NCBI GenBank assembly: GCA_002269645.1
Contig: NIVC01001294.1
Location: forward strand, 62,001-126,000
Source: Macrostomum lignano
Taxonomy: Eukaryota
Length of the DNA: 64,000 nucleotides
Direction of reading: 5' to 3'
The notes beneath the pieces were generated by a model that saw nothing but the letters and a program-made list of their open reading frames with translations, was not told where the DNA came from and did no database searches. Every line of letters begins with the position of its first letter. Position 1 is the stretch's first letter. The translations under genes and the position numbers were made by a program. Shown one piece after another: positions 11,119 to 22,544 of the stretch.

Positions 11119-14100
11119 GCAAATCAGCAGCAGCAGCAGCAGCAGCCGCGCGGCATCGTGAGCTTCCAGCCCGGCCCGCCCGCTGGCGCCCCCGGCGCGC
11201 CCGGCGTCACCCGCCTGCTGTTGCCGCGCGGCCTACCGGCATCGACGGCCGGCCAGATGATCCGCGTCTCGCCCGCAATGCCAGGCGCCACCGCCACTGG
11301 CGCCATCCCGGTTGCCATTATGCCGCCCGGCGGTGGCGCCACCTCAATTGCTGGTGTGCGGCCGCAGCTGCTGCAGCAGCAACAGCAAGTCATCCGGCTT
11401 GGCTCATCGCAGCAGCCGCAGTTCTACCAGCTGCAGAGAGCGACTGCTCAGCAGCAGCCTCAGCCAGCCGCTTCATCATCTGTGCAGAGTCAGGCCCCGC
11501 CGCAGTACCAGTACCGCATTATCGTGCCTAGCAACACCTCGCTAAGGCGGCTGAGCGTGCTGAGCTTCAGCAGCTCGCAGGTGCCGGATTTGTCCACCGC
11601 CACAGAGGCCAGCCTGCAGCGACTTGGCAGGTTCGGCCGCCTGCCCACCGCCGTTGCAGCGGCAGCCGCGGCAGCCGCTGAGGCCGAGAATCCCAGCCAG
11701 CAGCAGCGCCCGATGTACGGCGAGGGCAGCGCCTACAGACAGGCCGAACGGGACGAGGCCAAGAAGCGGAAACACGCTGGGGCGCTTCGGTGAGATCTGC
11801 GGGTGTCCGCTCGTCTGGCTGGGGTGTCCGCCGGTTTTAATGAGGTGTCCATCTGCAGTGTTGGACTCTTGGAGGGTGTCCGTCTGCAGTGTTTGATGGG
11901 AGGGTGTCCGTCTGCAGTGTTGGATGGGAGGGTGTCCGTCTGCAGTGTTGGATTGGAGGGTGTCCGTCTGCAATGTTGGATGGGAGGGTGTCCGTCTGCA
12001 GTGTTGGATTGGAGGGTGTCCGTCTGCAGTGTTGGATGGGAGGGTGTCCGTCTGCAGTGTTGGATGGGAGGGTGTCCGTCTGCAGTGTTGGATGGGAGGG
12101 TGTCCGTCTGCAGTGTTTGATGGGAGGGTGTCCGTCTGCAGTGTTGGATTGGAGGGTGTCCGTCTGCAGTGTTTGATGGGAGGGTGTCCGTCTGCAGTGT
12201 TGGATGGGAGGGTGTCCGTCTGCAGTGTTGGATGGGAGGGTGTCCGTCTGCAGTGTTTGATGGGAGGGTGTCCGTCTGCAGTGTTTGATAGAGGGTGTCC
12301 GTCTGCAGTGTTTGATGGGAGGGTGTCCGTCTGCAGTGTTGGATTGGAGGGTGTCCGTCTGCAGTGTTTGATGGGAGGGTGTCCGTCTGCAGTGTTTCAT
12401 GGGAGGGTGTCCGTCTGCAGTGTTTGATGGGAGGGTGTCCGTCTGCAGTGTTGGATGGGAGGGTGTCCGTCTGCAGTGTTTGATGGGAGGGTGTCCGTCT
12501 GCAGTGTTTGATGGGAGGGTGTCCGTCTGCAGTGTTTGATGGGAGGGTGTCCGTCTGCAGTGTTGGATTGGAGGGTGTCCGTCTGCAGTGTTGGATGGGA
12601 GGGTGTCCGTCTGCAGTGTTGGATTGGAGGGTGTCCGTCTGCAGTGTTTGATGGGAGGGTGTCCGTCTGCAGTGTTGGATTGGAGGGTGTCCGTCTGCAG
12701 TGTTGGATGGGAGGGTGTCCGTCTGCAGTGTTGGATGGGAGGGTGTCCGTCTGCAGTGTTGGATTGGAGGGTGTCCGTCTGCAGTGTTGGATGGGAGGGT
12801 GTCCGTCTGCAGTGTTTGATGGGAGGGTGTCCGTCTGCAGTGTTGGATGGGAGGGTGTCCGTCTGCAGTGTTGGATGGGAGAGTGAGAGTGTCCGTCTGC
12901 AATTTTGGATGGGAGGGTGAGAGTGTCCGTCTGCAATTTTGGATGGGAGGGTGTCCGTCTGCAATGTTGGATGGGAGGGTGTCCGTCTGCAATGTTGGAT
13001 GGGAGGGTGTCCGTCTGCAGTGTTGGATGGGAGGGTGTCCGTCTGCAGTGTTTGATGGGAGGGTGTCCGTCTGCAGTGTTGGATGGGAGGGTGTCCGTCT
13101 GCAGTGTTTGATGGGAGGGTGTCCGTCTGCAGTGTTTGATGGGAGGGTGTCCGTCTGCAGTGTTGGATTGGAGGGTGTCCGTCTGCAGTGTTGGATGGGA
13201 GGGTGTCCGTCTGCAGTGTTGGATGGGAGGGTGTCCGTCTGCAGTGTTGGATGGGAGGGTGTCCGTCTGCAGTGTTGGATGGGAGGGTGTCCGTCTGCAG
13301 TGTTGGATGGGAGGGTGTCCGTCTGCAGTGTTTGATGGGAGGGTGTCCGTCTGCAGTGTTTGATGGGAGGGTGTCCGTCTGCAGTGTTGGATGGGAGGGT
13401 GTCCGTCTGCAGTGTTGGATGGGAGGGTGTCCGTCTGCAATGTTGGATAGGAGGGTGTCCGTCTGCAATGTTGGATGGGAGGGTGTCCGTCTGCAGTGTT
13501 GGATTGGAGGGTGTCCGTCTGCAGTGTTGTGAGGGTATCCGCCTGCAGTGTTGTGAGGGTATCCGCCTGCAGTGTTGGGAGGGTATCCGCCTGCAGTGTT
13601 GGGAAGGTGTCCGTCTGCAGTGTTGGATGGGAGGGTGTCCGTCTGCAGTGTTGGATGGGAGGGTGTCCGTCTGCAGTGTTTGATGGGAGGGTGTCCGTCT
13701 GCAATGTTGGATGGGAGGGTGTCCGTCTGCAATGTTGGATGGGAGGGTGTCCGTCTGCAATGTTGGATGGGAGAGTGTCCGTCTGCAGTGTTGGATGGGA
13801 GGGTGTCCGTCTGCAGTGTTGGATGGGAGGGTGTCCGTCTGCAATGTTGGATGGGAGGGTGTCCGTCTGCAATGTTGGATGGGAGGGTGTCCGTCTGCAG
13901 TGTTGGATGGGAGGGTGTCCGTCTGCAGTGTTTGATGGGAGGGTGTCCGTCTGCAATGTTGGATAGGAGGGTGTCCGTCTGCAATGTTGGATGGGAGGGT
14001 GTCCGTCTGCAGTGTTTGATGGGAGGGTGTCCGTCTGCAGTGTTGTGAGGGTATCCGCCTGCAGTGTTGGGAAGGTGTCCGTCTGCAGTGTTGTGAGGGT

Positions 14101-17100
14101 ATCCGTCTGCAGTGTTGTGAGGGTATCCGTCTGCAGTGTTGTGAGGGTATCCGCCTGCAGTGTTGGGAAGGTGTCCGTCTGCAGTGTTGTGAGGGTATCC
14201 GCCTGCAGTGTTGGGAAGGTGTCCGTCTGCAGTGTTGTGAGGGTATCCGCCTGCAGTGTTGGGAAGGTGTCCGTCTGCAGTGTTGTGAGGGTATCCGTCT
14301 GCAGTGTTGTGAGGGTATCCGCCTGCAGTGTTGGGAAGGTGTCCGTCTGCAGTGTTGTGAGGGTATCCGCCTGCAGTGTTGGGAAGGTGTCCGTCTGCAG
14401 TGTTGTGAGGGTATCCGTCTGCAGTGTTGTGAGGGTATCCGCCTGCAGTGTTGGGAAGGTGTCCGTCTGCAGTGTTGTGAGGGTATCCGTCTGCAGTGTT
14501 GTGAGGGTATCCGCCTGCAGTGTTGGGAAGGTGTCCGTCTGCAGTGTTGTGAGGGTATCCGTCTGCAGTGTTGTGAGGGTATCCGCCTGCAGTGTTGGGA
14601 AGGTGTCCGTCTGCAGTGTTGTGAGGGTATCCGCCTGCAGTGTTGGGAAGGTGTCCGTCTGCAGTGTTGGGAAGGTGTCCGTCTGCAGTGTTGTGAGGGT
14701 ATCCGTCTGCAGTGTTGTGAGGGTATCCGCCTGCAGTGTTGGGAAGGTGTCCGTCTGCAGTGTTGTGAGGGTATCCGTCTGCAGTGTTGTGAGGGTATCC
14801 GCCTGCAGTGTTGGGAAGGTGTCCGTCTGCAGTGTTGTGAGGGTATCCGTCTGCAGTGTTGTGAGGGTATCCGCCTGCAGTGTTGGGAAGGTGTCCGTCT
14901 GCAGTGTTGTGAGGGTATCCGTCTGCAGTGTTGTGAGGGTATCCGCCTGCAGTGTTGGGAAGGTGTCCGTCTGCAGTGTTGTGAGGGTATCCGCCTGCAG
15001 TGTTGGAAGGTGTCCGTCTGCAGTGTTGGGAAGGTGTCCGTCTGCAGTGTTGTGAGGGTATCCGTCTGCAGTGTTGTGAGGGTATCCGCCTGCAGTGTTG
15101 GGAAGGTGTCCGTCTGCAGTGTTGTGAGGGTATCCGTCTGCAGTGTTGTGAGGGTATCCGCCTGCAGTGTTGGGAAGGTGTCCGTCTGCAGTGTTGGGAA
15201 GGTGTCCGTCTGCAGTGTTGTGAGGGTATCCGCCTGCAGTGTTGGGAAGGTGTCCGTCTGCAGTGTTGGGAAGGTGTCCGTCTGCAGTGTTGTGAGGGTA
15301 TCCGTCTGCAGTGTTGTGAGGGTATCCGTCTGCAGTGTTGGGAAGGTGTCCGTCTGCAGTGTTGGGAAGGTGTCCGTCTGCAGTGTTGGGAGGGTATCCA
15401 CCTGCAGTGTTGTGAAGGTGTCCGTCTGCAATGTTGGGAAGGTGTCCGTCTGCAGTGTTCGTTTGCAAACGGGTGTCCGTTTGCTTTTTTGAATGGTGTC
15501 TACGCTCGTATCTGTCCATCTTAAGTGCTTATCCGTATTTTATCTATCCGTATTTTAATTTATTTATCCATGTATATTTTGGTCTATACCAGCCGCTGCC
15601 CTCGCCCCCGCCTTGCAGCCGGTTCAACCCCTTCAACCAGCCGATGCAGCTGTCCTTCACCGGCTCAGGTCGCGATGCCGCCAAAAAGTTCAAAGGCTCG
15701 CGCGAGGGCGGCATCACGGCCAACGCCGCCTACTGGGTGTTCATGAAGAGCGAAGCCAACAACACCTTCGAGGCTCTGCCCGCGGACGACTTCTACAAGT
15801 TCGTGCCTGACGTGGCCTACCGGCACTTCAACTCGGAGGAGGCGGAGGAGGAGTTCAACAAGAGGGACAAGACGCTCAACAAGTACAACTTGATGCTGCG
15901 GCACCGTCTCAACGCCAAGGACGAGGGCGGAGGCGAGGAGAAGTCGGCCGGCGACAAGGACGGCGACGACGGTGAGGATCTAGACCGGGGAGGCGGCGGC
16001 GGTGGCGGCGGCCGATCGTCTCGTCGGTCGCGTCTGCAGCTGACCGACATGGACGAATTCGGCGACGAGGCCGTCGATTCGGACGAAGCCGACGCTGACG
16101 ATCGCGACGGGGGAACGGCGGCCACCTCGAAGTCCGGCGGCAAGGGCGCCGGCCCGGCCGCTTTGTCGTCAAAGAAAGGAGGCGCTGCCGGCGGTGGGCG
16201 CGGCAAGCGTCGGGCGCCGCGGTTCAAGCGCAAGCGAAAAGAGGGCCAGCCTGGCAGCGACGACGAAGGCGGCGAGCGTGACCCGGACAACGAAGTCGAA
16301 GACGAGTCGGAGCTGGACGATCACGAGGGCGACGAGCTGGACTACCTGACCAACAGCAGCTCTGGCAGCGTGTCCGAGTCTGAGAAGGTGGACATCTACG
16401 AGGAGAAGGGCCTAGACCAGGAGGACGCCATGAAGGGCCTGCTGGTGTCCGACGAAGAGGAGAGCGAGACCGAGGGCGGTGCCGCCGCCGGCGCCGACGG
16501 TGAGAAAAACGGCGCCGAGAATGACGCGTCGACCAGCAAGAAGTCGGCGGCCGGGAGCAAGCCGAGCAAGTCTGTCGGCAAAGGCGCCGATGAGGATGAC
16601 GGGGAAGACGGCGAGGACGAGGAGGACAGCGACAGCAGCGGTGGCGGCGGCGGCAGCGGCTCCGACGACTCCTCGGACAGAAAAACTTCTAAAAAGGAGA
16701 AAAAGCAGCAACATAAGAAAAAGAAAAAGCACAAGAAAGCTAAACAGCCTTCCCCGGCTAAGGAGACGGAGAGGCGCGAGGCGCTGGTGAAGCGCATCAA
16801 GGAGAAGGCGCAGCTGGGCGGGGAGGCCGTTTCCGACGAGCCGCCAGCCAAGCGCCAGAAGACGTCGTCAGCTTCGGCTGGCCAGGCGGCCAACCTGATC
16901 GACGAGTCGTTGATTCGGCACTACCTGGGCAGGCGGCCGATGACGCTGACCGAGCTGTCCAAGAAGCTGCGCAACAAATATAAAAAGTACAAGGAGACCA
17001 ACAAGTCGGTGCTGTGCCAGGCGCTGGCGGCCGCTCTGACTGGCATGTTCGAGAGGCAGGCGATAAAGAAGACCACAGTGAATGCCGAGTGCACGTACTC

Positions 17101-17125
17101 GCTGAACCAGAGTGGCGGGCGCTGA
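11119..17125 (+). CDS. GTF2F1: Transcription initiation factor IIF large subunit (RAP74)
   Basis: Exons 11119-11789 and 15619-17125, with a phase-2 join CG|C giving GALR-RFNPFNQPMQL. RAP74 motifs: YRIIVP, YGEGSAY, KKFKGSREGGITANAAYWVF, FEALPADDFYKF, RHFNSEEAEEEF; acidic linker; C-terminal winged helix IDESLIRHYLGRRPMT. Start uncertain: first in-frame ATG is 11257, or there is an unseen upstream exon. Confidence 0.92.
11845..15460. repeat. 3.6-kb 28-bp/24-bp minisatellite filling the GTF2F1 intron
   Basis: 28-bp GGGAGGGTGTCCGTCTGCAGTGTTGGAT to about 14040, then 24-bp GAGGGTATCCGCCTGCAGTGTTGT / GAAGGTGTCCGTCTGCAGTGTTGG. Confidence 0.97.
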
Positions 17126-18141
17126 TTTTTTAGTATAGTGGACTAGCGGATGCGCCCCCCTCTGAGGGACCGGCTGATGGCATTTTTGTGGCGTCTCTTT
17201 CTCCCGCCCCGTCACACTGATAGTTGTGACATTCTCGCCGTTGCACTTTCACCTGTTCTGGCCTATTCTATAACTCCTTTGCGCTCAGTTAAACAAGTTT
17301 TTTGCGCGCTAATTCAAAGTTTGCTGTCTTAGAATAATAAGCAGATTACTTTCTATCTTAGAAAGTCAGTCAGGGGCAGACGCTGGCAATAGTCAGTCCA
17401 AGGACTACGCAAGTAGGACGGGAAACTACGTGTCTACTGTGCCTAAAAATCATGAAAAGTTTTATGAATGTCAATAGAGCTATAAGAAGGCAAGACATAT
17501 CAAAAGATGAAGATTAGGCCGTCCTTCTATCGCAAGGAATGACAATTTTTGTGCTGAAAAAATGACAACCTATTATCTCGGTACAATATTGGACGGAGAA
17601 AAATCTTTCACCGAGTGCAAGAACCGATAGCATAGCAACTGCTAATATTAGTCTTCGGGATTGTTCTGCATGTCCTGTCATTGCAATGTCCTGTGTTTAT
17701 CAATACTCGGTAAATTCTGTTGCAGCACCGCAGATTTCTGTTAGGCTGAAGGCTTGACGCTTGTAAAATTTATTTTGCACCTCCATGTTTCCGCACACTT
17801 CATCCAACATGCTACTATTGCTACTAGACAGTTAAGTAGTGTGTTGATAATGTAAACAGGGTCTAATAATAGTTATTGTCTTGTCTTGCTTAACCTGTTT
17901 AATTATCCTGGCAAATACAACATACAAATATGCTAAGTAACAATGTATTAAAGGTGTTAGCTTACTGTATGTTAATTGGTCTACTGTGTTGTCTTCGTTC
18001 ATTCCGTTGTTGGCAGTCTAAAAGTCGAAAAAGTTTATAAATATTATTTTAACGCTTAAACCCGAACTAACTACTTGAATATTCCATCAGATAAGTAGTT
18101 TTGCAGCACATTGAAACTATTTTTATTCCAGCCAGCCGCTG

Positions 18142-19599
18142 ATGTACCGCCTGTACAGACAGGTGCCAGTCGCGGGCCGCTACCTGCTGCTGTGCCTGTA
18201 CCTGTGCCTGTGGGTGTTCGCCCTCTTCAACTACAGCAGCAGGTGCCGCTACTCGCAGCCGGACGTCTTCATTGAAGACTGGCCAGCCGAGGACTCAAGG
18301 CTGATGTCGGGCCGCTGCTATCTACGGCGGGACAGTATGCAGCTGCAGCCGCTGGATCTCCAACATGCACCTGAGCTGCATCATCTAGAGACTGCTCTGG
18401 CTGGTCCCGAAGTTCCGGCACAGATGAGGTTGCGTCCTGGGGGAAGCTGGGCTCCATCAAACTGCACCCCACTGCAACACGTAGCCGTGATGGTGGCCAT
18501 CAGGAATCGGGACTTTCACTTGCGGCTGCTGCTGAACCGGCTGCATCGGATGCTGAGAAGGCAGCTGATCAAGTACACTGTGTTTGTGGTTGAGCAGGTG
18601 AGCAATGCGTTAAGCAGTAACTTGAGCAGTTAAGCAGTGATTTGAGCAGGCAGTTGAGCAGTAAGCTGTGAATTGAGCAGTAAGCTGTGAATTAAGCAGT
18701 AAGTAGTGAGTTGAGCAGTAAGCAGTGTGTTGAGCAGGTAAGCAGTGAATTGAGCAGTAAGCAGTGAGTTGAGCAGTGAGCTGTGAACTGAGCAGGTGAG
18801 CAGGCAATTGAGCACTGTGTTTCAGCACGTAAATAGACTTAAGCAAATGAAGAGGCAGCTTTTAAAATCTACCCAGCCTCTGTGCCCCATCACCCAGACC
18901 GGACCGGAGCCCTTCAACCGAGGCATGTTGATGAACGTTGGCGTGGTGGAGGCCCTGAAGCTGGCCAGCTTTGACTGCTTCATCTTCCACGATGTGGACA
19001 TGATTCCCGAGCACGATCGGAATGTGTACCTGTGCGATGAGAACGCCAGGCACCTGGCATCCGCCATTGACGAGATGCGGTATCACGTGATGTTCTACAA
19101 CTACCTCGGCGCTGTGCTGAGGGAGTAGCTATGCCGATATGTATGGTTTTGACGTGTTAGTAAGCGGGATTAAAAGCAGTTCTCTTCCCATCGGTCGTGT
19201 GCAGCGATGAGCAGCAAGAACTTTTTTCGCATCAACGGCTTCTCCAACGTGTACTGGGGCTGGGGCAACGAGGACGACGACATCAGCGCCCGCACGATGG
19301 AGGCCGGCATGCTGGTGTCCCGTCCGCCGCTCACCCTCGGCCGCTACAAGATGGTGCGCCACCCCAAGGCCGTCCGCATCGAGTCGGCCTACAGCCAGTT
19401 CCGGCACTGGCGCGCTCGCCAGTTCGAAGACGGCGTGAGCTCGCTGGGTTCGGGCTCGTACTCGCTGCGCCTGATTGACAGGCAGCCGCTGTGCACCCGC
19501 CTGACTGTGCAGCTCAACGCCAGCCAGCACCGGATGCTGCCCGAGTGGCAGGCCAAGCCGGCCTCAATATGGTGGTTTCTGGGCTTCTATTATCTCTGA
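18142..19599 (+). pseudogene. GT7 beta-1,4-galactosyltransferase-like copy 1; intron-2 donor is GG instead of GT, so possibly non-functional
   Basis: Exons 18142-18597, 18898-19120, 19205-19599 by homology to copies 2 and 3. N-terminal TM anchor, PFNRGMLMNVG, FIFHDVD, WGWGNEDDD. Donor reads CTGA|GGGAGT versus CTGG|GTGAGT in the paralogs; read-through stops at 19126-19128. Confidence 0.7.
18598..18820. repeat. TGAGCAG-based short repeat in B4GALT copy 1 intron 1 (also 22998-23165 and 32071-32230)
   Basis: Units such as TTGAGCAGTAAGCAGTGA resemble the exon/intron junction TTGAGCAG|GTGAGCA. Confidence 0.85.
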
Positions 19600-19924
19600 G
19601 GCTGCGTGTGCTGTGCTTGTCTTGGCCCGCTTGCTGGCTTGCAGTGTTGGGCGACTCGAGAGAGCTTCTATCACATTTCGCGACGTAGTTCTGCTGTGTT
19701 ATTGGGCTTTTCTGTGTTTTGAGTTTGGTTGGGGTCGGAGGGCAGAGCTTATAGGCAGAGCTTATAGGCTTTGTTGGCCTTGCGGATCTGTGAAATCTGT
19801 CTTCTTTTATCTTTGTATATCAAGTATTATCAATAATACTGGTATTATTTTTCGCTGGTCACTAACTGACATAGATGCCTTAGTGGGGTTATGCCACCTG
19901 CTCACAAATCCTCGTTTGCTTGGA

Positions 19925-20155
19925 CACCAAGCCTCCCAGATCCTCAGTTGCTGGGGCAGCCTCCCAGATCTTCAGTTGCTGGGCCAGCCTCCCAGAGTGT
20001 CAGTTGCTAGGTCAGCCTCCCAGATCCTCAGTTGTTGGGTCAGCTTCCCAGATTCTCAGTTGCTGGGCCAGCCTCCTAAATCCTCAGTTGCTGGGCCAGC
20101 CTCCCAGATCCTTGCGGTTGCTGGGCCAGCCTCTCAGGTCCTCAGTTGCTGGGCC
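19925..20155. repeat. 28-bp minisatellite, same family as 60620-61810 in opposite orientation
   Basis: CCCAGATCCTCAGTTGCTGGGCCAGCCT, about 8 copies. Confidence 0.9.
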
Positions 20156-20328
20156 GCCCCGCCCCAAAACTCTTGGGTTTAAAGAATTGGCTAACTTTTT
20201 GCCAGCGCAGGTTTTCTGCACAGTGACAGACCGCAACTTGCATAGCCTGTCTGATTGACAGAACCTAATCTTACATAACTTCGTACGTACCGCTTTTTCA
20301 AGTCTTTTTTATTTTAACATTTTTAACT

Positions 20329-20490
20329 GGGGCTTGTAGTCTAGTGGTTAGAGCGTCGAACTCACGACTGGAAGGTCAGGGGTTCGATTCCCAATCCCAC
20401 TGGAACAATTTGTGTCCTTGAGCCTGACACTTAACTCTGCATTGCTTCAGTTCACTCAGCAGTAAAATGAGTGCCAGCATTAGCTGGGGT
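20329..20490 (+). mobile_element. tRNA-derived SINE with a CORE (MIR-like) domain
   Basis: A-box TAGTCTAGTGG, perfect B-box GGTTCGATTCC, then TTGTGTCCTTGAGCCTGACACTTAACTCTGCATTGCTTCAGTTCACTCAGCAGTAAAATGAG, which resembles the CORE consensus as I recall it (TGTGTGACCTTGGGCAAGTCACTTAACCTCTCTGTGCCTCAGTTTCCTCATCTGTAAAATGG). Confidence 0.75.
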
Positions 20491-21784
20491 AATTAAGGGT
20501 TTGTGTGGCGACCCCCCTTGGGTGTGCATATTTACTTTTTCATATCCAAATTGTCGGTATAAGTCAGTATAAGTCAGTTTCGCGTTTTTAGCCGGGATTT
20601 GTATTTACAGATTTGTTTACTATGGAAAATTTCATTCTGACCATCAGTTTAAGCCTTCTGTTTAATACTGAAAGCAGAGTAGTTTGCTGTGCAATTCGAG
20701 TTCCCTTGCTTCGGTTAGTTTGCATTTCTGTGATCCAAATTCTATTCAAAATATCTTTATAATTAGATGCTAAAATCATTGTGCAATTCAGTCTTTACGT
20801 TTTTGGTTTTATGATTTATTCCGGCAATATAATGCGACTATGGAATTCGCCGCGATCTCAAACCCTGTTACAACTATTGATTAATAATATTTACATATTC
20901 AATAATTATTATTGGTTTACTTCTTGAATCTCTCAAAATCTATCAGCTAGTCAACACTGGCTTCTGTCTTTTACAATTGTCAAAAATTACACATTATACT
21001 ACTCTATTTATAACCGGACTGCTATGAAATGTGCGATCGGTGTTCGTTGTTGACCTGTCATTTTTGTTTGGGCTTCTCTAGCTCCTTTATTCAACTAGGA
21101 TGATGAATCAGTTGTTGTGAGGTGGTAGTTTTAAAATAAGTTGTCTCATAGCAACTTCCAGCAAATTGACAGTTTCAGCAGGTTAGAATTTGTCTCTCTG
21201 AGATTTCACATAGAGGTCGCTCAATACAACATGATTTTAACATGCAAAATTGTGTTAAAAACGGCCAATTTAGTGACAAGCATTAAATTCTGCTCCATGA
21301 CGGCTATGCTTGGATATTATTGATTAATAATCCGTTAGTGTATCGCTAATGATAAAAATAATAATGATAAGCTAAACATTTGATGACCGCCCATTCGTGA
21401 GAGTTCACTTCAAATAGTTGTTTTTATTAGAATATAGTAGTGCATTGTGATTGTAATTAAGATCGTCTAAAGTTGTGATGCTAAATATAACTTACTGCAT
21501 GCTTAGTAATCAGTAGACAACAGTGACAATAGAATTTTTACTCTAATAAGCAAATATGACAACTGTACTGTAGAACTAAAAGGTTGTCACTAAAACAGGG
21601 CCTCGGGGACCGTTTTAATCAGCATTTTGCATGTTAAACTTACGTCGCGTGGAGTCAACCCTAAATTAATTTCAATTCACTTCATCTTGTAGGAAATTGA
21701 GTTTCTTGCCATTGGGTGTAAAAATGAGGGTGACCGATTTAAAAATATAAACCTTTGAAAAATATAAACAACCCTGCTAATCAC

Positions 21785-22295
21785 TAAGACACCCATCACT
21801 GAGACACCCATCACTGAGACACACATCACCCATCACTGAGACACCCATCACTGAGACACCCAGCATAGAAAACCCATCACTGAGACACACATCACCGAGG
21901 CACCCATCACTGAGACACATCACCGAGGCACCCATCACTGAGACACATCACCGAGGCACCCATCACTGAGACACACATCATCGAGGCACCCATCACTGAG
22001 ACACATCACCGAGGCACCCATCACTGAGACACACATCATCGAGGCACCCATCACTGAGACACACATCACTGAGACACCCATCACTGGAAACCCATCACTG
22101 AGACACACATCACCGAGGCACCCATCACTGAGACTCCCATCACTGGAAACCCATCACTGAGACACACATCATCGAGGCACCCTTCACTGAGACACACATC
22201 ACTGAGACACCCATCACTGGAAACCCATCACCGAGGCACCCATTACTGAGACACCCATCACTGAGACATCCATCACTGAGACACCCATCACTTGG
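21785..22295. repeat. About 16-bp minisatellite
   Basis: CACCCATCACTGAGAC and variants. Confidence 0.9.
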
Positions 22296-22544
22296 ACAGA
22301 AGTTGGGAGATTTCTAGAATTACGCAGGAGTAGTTTAAGCAGGCCTTGAATCAAAATTTTCTGTTACAATCATCGTCTTGCATGGCAGAATATTAGGCTA
22401 AGTCTCCGGCATCTACCTGTATTCAGTTGGGCCATGCATAGAGGACTTGATTACAAGAGGCGGCAAGCAAAGCAGCTGAGACCCGATATCCCTACTCTCT
22501 ATTTTGTCCCCACCAACAGCCGCTGACAGGGCCGCCGCTTCCCG

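Noticed and set aside
11733-15519. Very long ORFs (1232, 1040 and 715 aa) on the minus strand
   Set aside because: They are translations of stop-free 28/24-bp units, open in several frames, inside a GT-AG intron whose removal restores RAP74.
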